Positions 23,830 to 36,421 of a stretch of 64,000 nucleotides of DNA are shown piece after piece. Location of the stretch: the NCBI GenBank assembly GCA_950097015.1, contig CATNEN010000011.1, positions 62,001-126,000 of the forward strand, given 5' to 3'. A model generated the notes under the pieces. The model was not told the origin of the DNA, ran no database searches, and saw nothing but the letters and a program-made list of their open reading frames with translations. Position 1 is the stretch's first letter. Every line of letters begins with the position of its first letter. This DNA is from Macrostomum hystrix. Lineage: Eukaryota > Animalia > Platyhelminthes. Both the position numbers and the translations under genes were made by a program.

Positions 23830-26800
23830 TGGTGGCAGCGGTGCGGGCTCTAACCACCCGTACAACTTGCGCTCTAAAGACGGAGCGCCTGGTGAAGACT
23901 GTGAAGACACTACTGAAGAAGCCAGCGGAGTGCTGGAGCCGGTTTCACTGGAGGGCGCGAATCTAATGGAAAGCATGAAGTTTCTTCTGACGCACCAGAG
24001 TCGGCATCTTCAGGAATTGACTCGCGCGCAAGAGAGACAGTCAGCGTTCTACATGGATCAACTGGCGCGTCAGCAGGCGGAGTTCACGAGGCTGCTTGCC
24101 GAAGCCAAGCAACGGCCTCCAGCGGCGGAACCCAAGCTATTTAAGCTGACGGACTCTGATGACATCGAAGCATTCCTGATGACCTTCGAGAGGACTGCCG
24201 CATCGTGTGGATGGTAAAAGTCGGAGTGGACGATCCGGCTGGCACCGCTCTTGACAGGCGTCGCGCAGAGTGCATTCCACAGTCTGACGACAGCTGCGAG
24301 CGCGGACTACGACCTGGCGAAGGCGACTATCCTAGCGAGGTACGACATCGGCGAGGAGACCTACCGACAGCGATTCTGGTCTCTGCGGAAGTCACCCGAA
24401 GAGTCCTTCCAGGTGTTCGCAACGAAGCTGGAAGACCTGTTTGACCGGTGGATGACAGCTGGACTGGACGAGGACCAAAGAGAGGCGCTGTTAGGAGATG
24501 ACCCCATCGTCAAGCAGAAAGTGCTCCTGGAGCAGTTTACAGAGTCTGTGACAAGGGGACTGCAAGTGTGGATGCGAGAGAGAAAGCCGAAGAACATCAA
24601 AGAGGCTGCGAATCTGGCCGATGACTATGCAATGGCAAGGAACAACGACAAGACCGGTGGAACACCAGGACACCCGAACCAGAAGACTGCGGAAGGGGCT
24701 ACTGTGCCCAATGCTATCGCCCGACAAAGGACAGTTCAACGACCGCAAAGTCTCAAGCCTCCGAACAGCTGCTTCAATTGTGGAGGCCCCCACAAGAAGT
24801 TTCAGTGTCCCAACAAGCCTTCTAATGTCCACCTGGCCTCAGAAGCAAGAGCTATGGATGGGGCCTCGGACAGGTTCATCACCGGACAGGCAGACGGCAT
24901 GGAATTGCGATTCCTGTTGGACACAGGAGCAGATCGAACCACGATCCGACGCAGCTGCCTGCCTGAGCACATCAATTGGACAGGACACCACGCACTATTG
25001 CGCTGCTTTGGGGGCGACCTACACCGCCTTCCTATCGCTAAAGTGGAACTGCACCTAAACGGCTACACAGGAACTACCGAAGTCTGCGTGTCCGACTCAC
25101 TCCCAGTAAGCGCTTTGGCTGGACTGGATGTGATTAGCCGACTCCAGCCAGGGGTTGGAGGCACCCCTAGCACAGGACCCGGAGGAGAGGCGCGCAAGGG
25201 GGCTAAAGGCCTACCCCTCCCAGCCAATGAGAGTGAGGGGGTGGGTGCGCCACACCACCCAAAACCCCAGTTAAAGGGGGACGAGAGACTTCACGTGGAA
25301 GACATTGTGGCCAGCGGCCTAAACCAGATCGATCCGGAACCGGCTAATAAAGCAAAACCGAGAATGACTAGAGCGCAGGTGCGTAAACATCAGCGAGAGT
25401 ACAACAAGGCTAAACAGGAAACAGCAGTGCGCCCTGTGGCATTAGATTACCAGGCAGCCCTACTAGACGACAGTGAGCTTCAGGCGGCAGTACAAACCAG
25501 CGCATTGATAGCAGAAAGCAACGGCAGATTGTATCGACGTCAAGCAGTCGGCGAGGACCAACTGGTGCTTCCGAGAGCGTTGCGTGCTACGGCGCTGTCT
25601 CAGGCCCATGAGAGTGCGTTCGCTGGGCACCTGGGAAGAAAAAAGACCTATCAACGATTGGAACAGCGATTCTGGTGGCCGACAATGACCAAGGACGTGA
25701 AGGACTTCGTAGCAACGTGCGACAAGTGCCAGAAGACGGCTCGAATCCCGAGCAGCCACCGGGTGAAGCTTGTGCAAGTGCCTGGAGTGGAGGAGGCCTT
25801 TACACTAAAGTTGTCATCGACATCAGCGGGCAGTATCCAAGGACGGCGAGCGGTCACCAGTACATCCTGTCGGTAATCGATGCGGCTACTCGGTTTCCAG
25901 AAGGATTCCCACTGCGCAAGATCGACGCGGAGTCTGTGGCCAAGGCATTGATGGACTGCTTTGTGAGGACCGGCTTCCCGAAGGAGATCCAGAGCAACAG
26001 AGGCACTAACTTCTCCTCGGCACTGTTGCAAGCCCTGTACCGGTGCACCGGAGTGGAAGGCATCCAGTCGACACCGTACCACCCGCAAAGCCAGGCGCTG
26101 GTGGAGAGGTTCCACGGCACGCTCAAGACTATGTTGAGGCGGCTGCCAGCTCGCGAGAAAAAGAGGTGGGACCAGTACCTGCCTTATATACTGTTTGCCA
26201 TCCGAGAGGTGCCTAACGAGACAACTGGTTTCTCCCCTTTCGAACTGTTGTATGGACGGACCGTACGAGGACCGCTAGACTTGCTGCGACAGACCTGGGA
26301 CGAGCAACTCACCGAAGAGAAGAAAGACATCATCTCCTTCGTGCTGGCCAAGAGAGATCGGCTGCGTGCCGGTCAGGAAGCAGCACGAAGCAACGAAGAC
26401 GTAGCCCGGAAGCGCCAAAAGAGCTCTGGTACGACCGGAAGTCGCGGGAACGAGAGCTGAAGCCCGGGGATCAGGTGCTGCTGCTGTTGCCATCGACGGC
26501 CAAGAAGCTCCACGCTGAATGGCGCGGCCCCTATGAAGTACTGGAGAAGTGCGGCGACGTGAACTACCGGATCCGGATTGGCACGGCAACCAACACGTTC
26601 CACATCAATCTGCTCAAGAAATACAACGAGCGAGAGTAGATTCTGATGCAGCTGTCAGCAGCAACGCCGGTTGCTCCTGCGCTCTCCGACCGTCTGAGCC
26701 GAGACGAGAGGGACCGTCTCCAGCAACTGGTGCAGGGCTTCGCGAACGTCTTCAGTGAGATGTCGGGTAGGACCGACCTGGTGGAGCACCGAATCCGGAC

Positions 26801-28075
26801 GACACCGTGTTGTGCGCATCCGGCCGCGACGGGAGCCGCAGGCGCATCGACAGGTGCTCCAAGAGGAGATCCAACGCATGCTGGATCTCGGAGTGATCGA
26901 ACCGTCGGACAGTGACTACTGCTCCCCGGTCTGTCTAGTGGCCAAGAAGGACGGCTCGGTCCGATTCACGGTCAACTTCAAGGCGCTGAATGAGCTGGTG
27001 GCTTTCGATTCCTACCCAATGAAGAACATCGAGGATCTGCTGGAGCGAGTCGCCAAGTCCAAGTTCATATCCAAGCTTGATTGCTGCAAGGGCTACTGGC
27101 AGATTCCTCTGTCCGAGAACTCGAAGCGGCTGACGGCATTCGCGGCCGGTGGCAAGCTCTACCAATTCACCGTAATGCCCATGGGCTTAAACTGCAGCAG
27201 CGCAACGTACCAGAAGCTCATGGACAAGATGTTCCAAGGGCTGGGCAACGCAGACTCATACGTCGACGACATCGCCGTGTTCAGCGAGACCTTCGAGCAG
27301 CACGTCCACGACCTGAGAGAGGTGTTAGGACGCCTCCAGGCTGCCGGTCTGACGGTGCAGCCACGCAAATGCTACCTGGGCGGCAACTCGGCGGACTACC
27401 TCGGCTTCAAGCTCGGCGGAGGCCAGATCGGCACGAGCGAGGATCGAGTGCGGACTATCACGGCACTGGCTCGACCCCAGACCAAGGCCCAGCTGCGATC
27501 AGTGCTCGGAGTGCTCAATCACTACCGTCGGTTCGTGCCCGGCTACTCTGACAAGGTGGCAGCCCTGACTGACCTCACGAAGAAGTCGGCGCCCGAGGAC
27601 CTAAGAGCGGCCTGGGGAGAACAACAGACTCGAGCCTTCGAGACAGTAAAGTCTCTGCTGGCGAGCGAGCCGGTACTACGCGCGCTGGATTACAGTCGGC
27701 CATTCATTCTGGAGAACGCAAGAGTTCTCCAGAGTTCTCCTTCTGGTGCGGTGTTAACGCAAGAGTTCGAGGACGGCCACCATCCGGTGCTATTCGTATC
27801 GCGGCGTCTGACTTCGGCGTAGCGGAGCTATGCGACGATCGAGAAGGAGTGCCTTGCGGTGCGCTGGGCGGTCGAGAAACTGCGCCACTACCTGCTCGGC
27901 CGCCGGTTCGTCATCAAGTCGGACCACAAGCCGCTGCAGTACCTGCAGATGGACCACACCAACCCGCGGCTCCAACGGTGGGCCTTCTATCTGTCTGGCT
28001 ACGACTACGAGATCCGGTACCAGCCAGGCAGAAGCAATGCGGTGGCCGACGGTCTCAGCCGCATCTGGACTGATT
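23822..28075 (+). pseudogene. gag-pol of Gmr1-like element (SCAN-like gag, zinc knuckle, protease, integrase, RT, RNase H), broken
   Basis: In-frame TAA at 24215-24217; SCAN-like ETYRQRF...LEQF...WMRERKP; CFNCGGPHKKFQC; FLLDTGA; HESAFAGHLG...CDKCQ; IDAATRF...SNRGTNF...ERFHGTLK; KLDCCKGYWQ; YVDDI; several frameshifts and a TAG near 27820. Confidence 0.9.
23830..23843 (+). promoter_or_regulatory. Primer binding site, probably tRNA-Leu
   Basis: tggtggcagcggtg directly after the LTR is complementary to the typical eukaryotic tRNA-Leu 3' end (CACCGCTGCCA-CCA). Confidence 0.7.
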
Positions 28076-28326
28076 GATTGACCGAATGATTTAGTGACTG
28101 ACTCAACATTTTGTGACTGTCCACGCGATTTATCGTACCAGAAGGCTCAGTAACTGATTTCGCATTGCTGCTTGTTTAATCGATTTTGCAGTGCCGTAGG
28201 ATCAATTGATTTGTAGTGTCGTAGTTTAAGCGATTTTGCGTTGCCGATTTTGATTTAAGTTTTGCTGTTTCCTGCGATTCAATTCTGACCTGAATTTTTA
28301 TCCGGCTTCGTTCTTGTGGTGGAGGA

Positions 28327-28482
28327 TGTGACGTTAACTTTTCTTTGTACCACCCCATGGGGTCGGTGCTATAAATAGATGTGCGTAGTGCTGAGAGGCC
28401 GTGCGTTTTTTGGACCTCCATGGCTCAACCTGGAGCTTGTGAATCGTGTCCCTCATTTTTACTTGATTAAAAGAATGCAACA
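28327..28482 (+). repeat. 3' LTR of Gmr1-like element
   Basis: Preceded by purine-rich gtggtggagga; matches 5' LTR. Confidence 0.95.
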
Positions 28483-29431
28483 GAGGCGCAATGATGCACG
28501 CTGATACAGGAACAACCATAGAAAACAATCATGCTCCTTGTGGCGATCTAGAACAGGTTTACGCGTGCTTCTCGCACATATCAATATATGCTGCTATTTC
28601 AGAACTAAGGAACTGTGTCTGTGAACTGGGCGCTGAGGCTATAATTAAATTCCTTGATTGAAACGTGCGTTTACACACTCTCAATCAGCAGGAATATAGA
28701 AACGCAGCTAGAGTTTCAGCTAGCTGCTCCTACAGATATCATTACGCTGCAATGTTAGAACTAAGTACCGCTTTTTGCAAATCATGCCGTACATTAAAAA
28801 TCGAAAAGAACAGCTTAAGCTTCTTGCACGCGCACTAGAACAGCTTTGCACGTTCTGTTTGCAAAGATCAATTCATGCTGCTATTAAGGCATTTTTAAGG
28901 GACACTCAAGGCTCCAGCTAGTTCCCTAAAGTAAAAGTGCTTTTACTCTAGTCAAGAAAAATATATGAACGCAGCTAAAGTTTCATCTAGCTGCTCCCAC
29001 AGATGTCTTGTGCAGCAATATCAGAACCAATGATTCTATTGCAGCTTACAGCTAGCATGCCTGACTTTGAGAGGCGCAATGATGCACGCTGATACAGGAA
29101 CAACCATAGAAAACAATCATGCTTCTTGTAGCGATCTAGAACAGGTTTTCGCGTGCTTCTCGCACAGATCGCGCTATATTGCTTTTCTGAACTATGTTGG
29201 GGCGCTGAGGCTAGACTTTGTTTCCTTGATTGGAACTGGCGCTTACAAACTCTCCCAGTCAGCTGGAAGATATGAACGGAGCAAAAGTCTTAGCTAGCTG
29301 TTCCCACAGATGTCATTATGCTGCAATGCTACAACTAGGCTGAGGCCTTTGAAAATCGCACCGTAAAGAAAAAGTGTAAAGAACAATTTAAGCTTCTTGC
29401 ACGCGCACTAGAACAGCTTTGCGCGTGCTGT
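28483..29431. repeat. Satellite array block 3
   Basis: Same satellite resumes in phase after the TSD; more diverged copies. Confidence 0.95.
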
Positions 29432-29892
29432 TAAACCAGTGAGTCGAAGCCAGGCGGTTGGCACGGCGGGCGCAAGTTCGAACCTGGCCTTAAGAATCGA
29501 GCATTATCAATTTGCTAACCGAAATTTTATTTAAAGAGCGAGACGAAGGCAATTTAAAAGGGAAACACTATTCATTGTGAATTAAAAGCAGAAACATTGG
29601 CGCAAAAAAATCAATAAGCCTCTCGGAGTTATGCGCCGGCGCAAAGCGCGCCACGCTAAATAGGGCTGGGCAACCCCAAGAGGGGGGCGGCCCAGCGACC
29701 AGGCAACGCACATGCACCCCCGCACCAATGCACAAGCCCCCAACCCTCCGGTTTAACCTCCAACCAAGCTACGCTCGGTCGGACCAATAAACCAGTGAGT
29801 CGAAGCCAGGCGGTTGGCACGGCAGGCTCAAGTTCGAACTTGGCCCAAACCCAAAACGGAAAGGAGAAGCAGGGAACAGAAATTAGATTGCA

Positions 29893-30893
29893 TTAGATTG
29901 AGCGCCCAGGCGACGCGCCAGCCCATGCACGGCTGCCCTTGCATCCGAGTCCTGCATAGACAGATAGCGAAACAGAGCCGCTCTTCCAGTCACCTAGCTG
30001 CTTGATTACTGGCAGAGGAACACCGAGCTGCATCGCCGTCGTAGCGCCGCCACGCCGCAGCCCGTGGCCTGTGAAGACACGCGGCGAAAAACCTGCCGCA
30101 GCGCACAGAGTTCGGAGGCGGCCATCGAAACCGCTAGCTGTCAGGGCCGTCCACCGGTTCGCCGACCTGGTCGCAAAAAGATGAACAGGACCAGGGGCTT
30201 GATCCACCAGGTTGGCGGCCAGCTGCTGCTTCAGTGCTCGGTACGGGCAAATGGCCTCTAGCCCGCCATCCGGAAGCTTCGGAAGAAACACACGCTGAAC
30301 TCTGTCGCCAAACTGGTTCGTCTTGGAATGCTTCACTACCAGCTCACAGTCGCGCTCCGAGAAGGTGACACTCAACCCTGACAAATCGCGCACCAGATCG
30401 AGCTCCCCTACCTGCGTGGTGACATTCGCCTTTCGCAGCATTCCCCACCAGGCCGTCAGAATCGCCGACCAGAAAGCGATGTCTTTGCGTGATTTCTGGT
30501 CAAGATTGGCGTGCAGCTTGAGAAGATCGGCGACTCGGATTGGCTCCTTCGAGTGCTGTTGTCGACCGAAAAACTGGCGAAGGCCGCGAAGCACCCACTT
30601 GACCATCGGTGTCTCGCACGGGTCCTGCCGACCAATCGCTCTGAAGTACAGAGAGACTGCGTTCGCATACGCATGGCAACTGCGGAAAGCGGTTAGCCGA
30701 TTGGACAGCTCAGCCAGGTATTCAGCCACGTGTACCGGCTGCGCTCGGGCTGGTGTCAAGCGCTTGGAACTGCAGAAATGCAACCAGGACGCGAGCTGCG
30801 ACCGGTAACTCCGCTTCGTGTGGGGAGCGAATGCATTGCCGAGGAGAAATGCGCAGCGCTGGCTGAGGCGGTCGGGAGCCTGGCGCGGAGGGC
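29893..30893 (-). pseudogene. Tyrosine recombinase of Ngaro-2, frameshifted just before the catalytic Tyr
   Basis: WWGMLRKAN, HSKTNQ, TGHGLRRGGA, GDWKS; cgc tat ctg (RYL) lies in another frame near 29965. Confidence 0.85.
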
Positions 30894-30997
30894 CTGCAAA
30901 AAGAGAAACGCAAAAGAGAAGCAGAACGGCAGAAAGCGTGGCTTGCAATTTCAGTAGCGCTACAGTTAACTGTTCCATATACACGAAATAAAAAGTC

Positions 30998-31791
30998 TCA
31001 CATCTTGCACACAGTGTGCAGTCTAGAGCACGGATCTGAGAAAAGCTGGTACCAACCAGGCACATGAAACGCACGAACTTCGACACCGCGCCTAACTGCG
31101 ATTAGCATGGCAGTCTGAAAAAGCGGCTGTAACTCAGACTTGCGGCAGCAACCTCTATTAATCATGCCGACAGCGGCGCTTGAGTCAGAGTAGAACACCA
31201 CAGAACTATTATTAAGCAAAGCACTCCAGCGCACCATAGCCAGGAGAGGAACAATGGCTTCTTTGTACGTAATATGCATGGCCTTGAACACTCCTGCGGC
31301 ATCCAGTTCCCAGTTGACGTACAGCCAATCAACCATGCCGTTAGCATTACGCAAAATAGCGCCACCACCAACACTGCTGGCATCCGTCTCGATGACCCAG
31401 GAATTCGAATGACGCCTCCAAAGCTGAAACTCAGGAAACTGCAGAAGGGCGCTACGCCACCAGAATAAAATACGCACGGTGTCAGCGGACACGCGGATCT
31501 TGTGATGTGGCTTTTGAAGAGCATTTAGCAATTCGAACAGGGGCCTGAGGAAACAGCTCCCAGAATGCACCACCCGAACGAACCAACTGAGCTTGCCACA
31601 GAGCGATGAAAGCTGGCGCTTCGAGAGGCGCCTACGCTGCGAGAAGCTAAGCAGAGTATCGCGCAACACCTCACACTTCTCAGCCGGAATTCCGAGGACG
31701 CCACGCACGGTATCGATCTTAACTCCGAGGTACACCAGACATTGAGTTGGCTCCACCAGCTTGCTCCAGTTGACGCCAAATCCGAGTTCGC
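30998..31791 (-). pseudogene. 3' half of Ngaro-2 RT plus RNase H
   Basis: RELGFGVNWSK, YLGVKID, IETDASS, YKEAI, FYSDS; joins 37230-38013 as R-L-V-R-E once the insertion is removed. Confidence 0.9.
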
Positions 31792-32358
31792 GTACCAACC
31801 AAAGATTATTTATAGACAACTAGATCGCCAAACCCCACACCCCAAATTGTCGAAAATCTGACGCGCGGAAGTCTCACTATTGGCTGGCACGAAAGTGCAT
31901 TAGCGAAGCTCTGACCTCTCATTCAATGTACATGCTTAGAAGCTTCTAGGCTGCTCCTCTATTTTCCAATTGAAGTTGCATAAAATTAGCATAAAAATAG
32001 TGAAAAAATAATTCAGAGCGCTAGCGCCGTTCTTTTAAAAACATAAAATTGAGCTATTCAATAAAAAAGTTGAGACACTTTTATATTTTATTTGATAGAT
32101 TGATACAGGAATGCATTGATACAAAATAACGTTCAAAGAAGCACGGGCAGTATAAAAACTTAAATACCGAAGCATTGAAAAATAACTTTGCTTTTAATAA
32201 TCCACACGTTGTATTTAGAGAACCAGTGTTTCGATGCACAGAATAAAGTGAAATTACATGCAATGCACAACTATAAAAAACATAAATGCTGTACATGTAG
32301 CAAAAAATGTAGCAAAAAACTACCCGATAGAGCCTTATGCAAAAGACAGAAGGGACTG

Positions 32359-33750
32359 CTACTGGCCAAGAAAAATAATTTTCTTGGTTAGAGAATGGTG
32401 CACAGACCGTTTCGTAGCAATGTTGAGACTGCGAGCCGCGTGAGACAAGCGAATAAAAACGAATTTCTGGACAATCATGCGAATCAGATGGTACCTGTGG
32501 TTCTCATCAGCTGCCTCAATGCAGGCCAAGCTTGTGAATACACCTTGAAAAACTGCGGCACTCACAGAAGCATTGATCAACTTGTCAATTGTCACGCTGC
32601 TGAATGTCGCCAGCGAAATGCTCCTCCGGTGCTGCTCGCAGGTCTGCACACACTTGCAAAGGTCGGCTGAGGGTGCGAACAGACCACCACGATCCTTGAT
32701 TTGGGCGAGCCGCACGGTTTGCGTCTCAGCAACCAGAGCTTCCTTGCACGACATGCACTGCAGCTTCGTCACAATTTGCCGGCCAATGTAGCCAGCAATG
32801 TATCCCGCAATGTTGTGACCGATTACAGACAATGTCGCAATAGATGGAATCGGACAGGGAGGACAGGGAATCGGGTAGTTAGTAGGGTGCGCAAAAATTG
32901 AAACTTAAGCAACCTTTCCTTAAATTCGGTGAAATTTTCTGAATTTCAGTTCGCATCTTGCATGGGTCAAATTTCTGGATGCGAATTTCAAAATCTGCCT
33001 GCGTATGCACCCTAATCACGTAAAAACACAGTGTGTATTGAGTATACATTATGCTGCCCATGCCAGCAATGCAGAATTGAAGACAAACTTACCTTGAATT
33101 GAAAACGTCAAACATATGGTCCATGTTGCGTATGAAGGTCACGGTGGCTGCGCATCCGGCAAAGTCTGCTGAGCCAGCATCTCGCAGAAATTCCATTGCA
33201 TCAGCCACAGAAGAGCTGAGAGTTTGCACTGCCAAGGAGACGCGCATTTTGTGTCGTTGCCATTCCAGATGCTTGCTGCTCAATCGATTTGCCAGCCTTC
33301 CGCCTTCGTCTAGCTGATACTTGTGAAGCAGCTGCACATATTTCCAAGAAATGGTCCCTCCGTCGTGCACGAAGGTGCCCAGGTCCGACCATGAGTTTCT
33401 AACCAGCTTTATTAGATGGCAGTTGTCAAGGAAAACATGCACTGCATCGGTTTGACATTGAAGGAAGAACTTGGGCTGCTCGGGGATTTTCGCTCCCAGC
33501 AGTTTAAACGTAGATAAGTTCACGGAGGCACAGTCACTTGCTACAGCTCGAACAGTTGCACCAGATTGATTGAATTCCTTGATAACGTCAGCGATTAGCT
33601 GTGATTGATGCCGTGGAGTAACGCCAGCAGGTAAAATGTATGCCACGGGAATCTTCCAGGAGCTGCACATTCCCACTGCCAGAATAACCACTGCCTCTTC
33701 AGCAGTAATTTTTCATGTGCTTGTAAAGTATCCATAATTTATCAAACCAT
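32359..33750 (-). pseudogene. P-element/THAP9-like transposase fragments
   Basis: WDGLINYG..AEEAVVILAVG..WKIPVAY, VRAVASDCASVN, DNCHLIKLVRN, KMRVSLAVQTLSSSVA, DHMFDVFNSR (donor at 33092); C-terminal YIAGY..KLQCMSC..IKDRGGL..PS; in-frame stops upstream of 33700. Confidence 0.85.
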
Positions 33751-33769
33751 CCCAAATTTAAAATTTTAT

Positions 33770-34092
33770 GGCAAAATGAAAACAGTATGCTTATAAATGG
33801 TCAATGGGCAGTATAAATAACTGTAAATAAATAAAACAACTATAACTAAATTATATGACTATATTTTATGATATAAAATTATAAATGAAAGCAATAATAA
33901 AAGCATAATTTCCATATAAATAATTATGAATAAGAAATATATAGTGAAATATAATGATAAGGCAAAATAATAACAATATGCTTATAATGGTCAATGGGCA
34001 ATATAAATAACTGTAAATAAATATAACAACTATAACGAAATTTTATGACTATATTTTATAATATAAAATTATAAATGAAAGCAATAATAAAA
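33770..34092. repeat. AT-rich local duplication (about 190-bp period)
   Basis: tatgcttata...ggtcaatgggc...gaaagcaataataaaa at about 33781-33902 and 33972-34092. Confidence 0.8.
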
Positions 34093-34707
34093 ATAAATAT
34101 TAGGCATATTTATCCTAATTATTTTAATAATTATAACCATTTAATTATAATTATAATCATTTCCATTTTTGCTTAAATCGTTCAACCTGTAAGGTGTATG
34201 AACAGCAAAATAACATTTTGATGAAGTGGCTATCGACAGTTTTGAACAATGTCCGACGCTTTGAGTTTGGTTCACAGCAGGAATACCCACGCTTTCTATT
34301 CAAAATTTAACCCCTTCGTTTTTGACCAGTTTTTTATTTTGTGTAATCCTGCCTGTGACCAAATATGGGTTTGCCAATAACGATTAGGCTGTAAATATTC
34401 AGCTGAATTCTAAGGCACAATAGTTCACTGCAAAGTCGTATCTGATGGTTTCACGTACCTGTGGGTGTTCGACTGTTCATTGAATAGTAGGCTTCTCAAA
34501 AGTCTCATTTTCAATGGCAGCAAACAAAATCGGAGCGGCAAAGTATTTGTTTTGTTTTGCACTGCTTCATATCGTTCTCCCTAAATTCCTCAATTGCTTG
34601 ACTGTCTCCAGTACTCGTACGAGTAATTTAAAAAGTGATTTCTTTTTTTTTTATTTGCTCGAAAGTGTTCTATTCGTTTGATTAAGTACGAGTTTTGTTT
34701 TGTGTAG

Positions 34708-35518
34708 TATCAATGTAACCGTTAACCGCCGTGGTGGCGGCGTCCAAGGTGGCGGCCGAGGCGGCGGTGGCGGCGTCCACGGTGGTGGCGGCGGCGGTGG
34801 CGGCGTCCGCGATGGTGGTGGCGGCTACGGCGGCCGAGGCGGCGGTGGCGGCGTCCACGCTGGTGGCGGCGGCGGTGGCAGCGTCCGCGGCGGTGGTGGC
34901 GGCTTCGGCGGTGGCGGCGGCGGTAGCGGCTACGGCGGTGGCGGCGGCGGTGGCGGTTACGGCGGTGGCGGTCAAGGCGGCGGTGGCGGCTACGGCGGTG
35001 GCGTCTACAGCGGTGGCGGCGACGGCGGCGGTGGCGGCCTAGCGCCTTTCGGTGGCGGCTACGGCGGCAGTGGCGGCTACGGCGGCGGTGACGGCCGAGG
35101 CGGCGGTGACGGCCGAAGCGGTGGCGGCCGAGGCGGTGGCGGCTACGGCAGCGGTGGCGGCGGCGGCGGCGGTGGTGGCGGCGACCGAGGCGGTGGTGTG
35201 CGCCGTGTTTGTGGAGGTGCCAGCGCTGGCCGTTTATGTTAGTTTTCCATTTAGTTATCATTTGAATAGAGAATTTTTTTCATAGAGTGCATGGGTTTCT
35301 TTCTTTTTACTTTGGTTTTTTTATTTGCAGTATGCCATCGATGTTGCGGTCTCGGGCATGTTGCCCGAGACTGCAAAAAGAGAAGCCGCAGCCGCAGCCG
35401 CAGCGGCGCCCGCTGTGAAAACAGCAGCCGGCGCCATAAAAGCAGCAGTAGCAACAGCAGCAGCAGCAGTAGCAACAGCAAAAGCAGTAGCAGCAGCAGC
35501 AGCAAAAGCAGCAGTCGC
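34708..35518 (+). CDS. Spliced cargo ORF: Gly-rich region, CCHC zinc knuckle, RS/Ser-rich tail
   Basis: Exon about 34708-35237 (GGC-rich), 93-nt GT-AG intron, exon 35331-35518; phase-1 splice keeps the frame to CHRCCGLGHVARDC then KKRSRSRSRS; next donor gtaagt at 35519. Start not identified. Confidence 0.65.
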
Positions 35519-35737
35519 GTAAGTTTCAGCGTTCGAACAGAATTATATATTTTGTATTTAAAAAGGCAATAAATTTTCATATTACAAATGTAAGGTAATC
35601 CTCTTCAGCAGGAGCAGCCCCAGCAGCAGCAGGAGCAGCCCCAGCAGCAGCAGCAAGAGCAGCCACAGCATCAGATAAGGCCAAAGCAGCCCTGCGTCAT
35701 GCAGTAGGGGCAAAATTGAAATTGTTTAACAGAATAA

Positions 35738-36072
35738 GGGAATAGCTGATGGGGAATAAGGTAGTAGCTGATTGGGAATAATGTAGTAGCTGATTGGGAA
35801 TAAGGTAGTAGCTGATTGGGAATAATGTAGTAGCTGATTGGGAATAAGGGAGTAGCTGATTAGGAATAAGGTAGTAGCTGATTGGGAATAAGGTAGTAGC
35901 TGATTGGGAATAAGGTAGTAGCTGATTGGGAATAATGTAGTAGCTGTTTGGGAATAAGGGAGTATAGCTGATTGGGAATAAGGGAATAGCTGATTGGGTT
36001 TAAGGGAATAGCTGATAGGGAATTTGGGAATAAGGGAATTGCTGATGGGGAATTTGGGAATAAGGGAATTGC
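35738..36072. repeat. 22-bp minisatellite (gtagtagctgattgggaataak)
   Basis: About 15 tandem copies, degenerating to the right. Confidence 0.9.
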
Positions 36073-36421
36073 TGTGGATATTATTTTGGCGCAGGCCTGT
36101 GTTTGGCAATCCATGTGCCTCTGGATTTAAAAATGAGGTAATAATTTTGCCAACAGTATACTCTGTGCAGTTTATGCAAATGCAGACTGTGGGTATGCAG
36201 TTGTCGATATTTACCGTTAAGTAATAAATAAACAGCATAAATAACATGCTGCTATTTACCGTAACAGCATGTGGATTCTTATGGTTTGCATTTTCCCTCA
36301 ATCTACTTTCAATTTATGAGTCATTAGCTGTGCTGTTAATGGCTTATTTAAACTTTTCAGGCAAGAAATTTTGGGCAAAATACTCTGCTCTCTCATCTCA
36401 ATGAAGATCACATCTTCATTA

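Larger units (their letters stand above)
23674..28482 (+). mobile_element. Gmr1-like Gypsy LTR retrotransposon (PR-IN-RT-RH order), degenerate
   Basis: 156-bp TG...CA LTRs with 4 substitutions; 5-bp TSD gaggc (23669-23673, 28483-28487); PBS tggtggcagcggtg; integrase precedes RT. Confidence 0.93.

Noticed and set aside
34612-34622. 11-nt microexon upstream of the Gly-rich exon
   Set aside because: AG/GT flanks and phase fit, but such short matches arise by chance; needs RNA evidence.
34682-35261. Ala/Thr-rich and Arg/His-rich ORFs in other frames or strand of the GGC tract
   Set aside because: Shadow frames of the GGC repeat; only the Gly frame splices in frame to the zinc knuckle.
35251-35580. 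Poly-Leu minus-strand ORF
   Set aside because: Antisense reading of the AGC repeat.
35726-36301. 191-aa minus-strand ORF
   Set aside because: Mostly translation of the 22-bp minisatellite.
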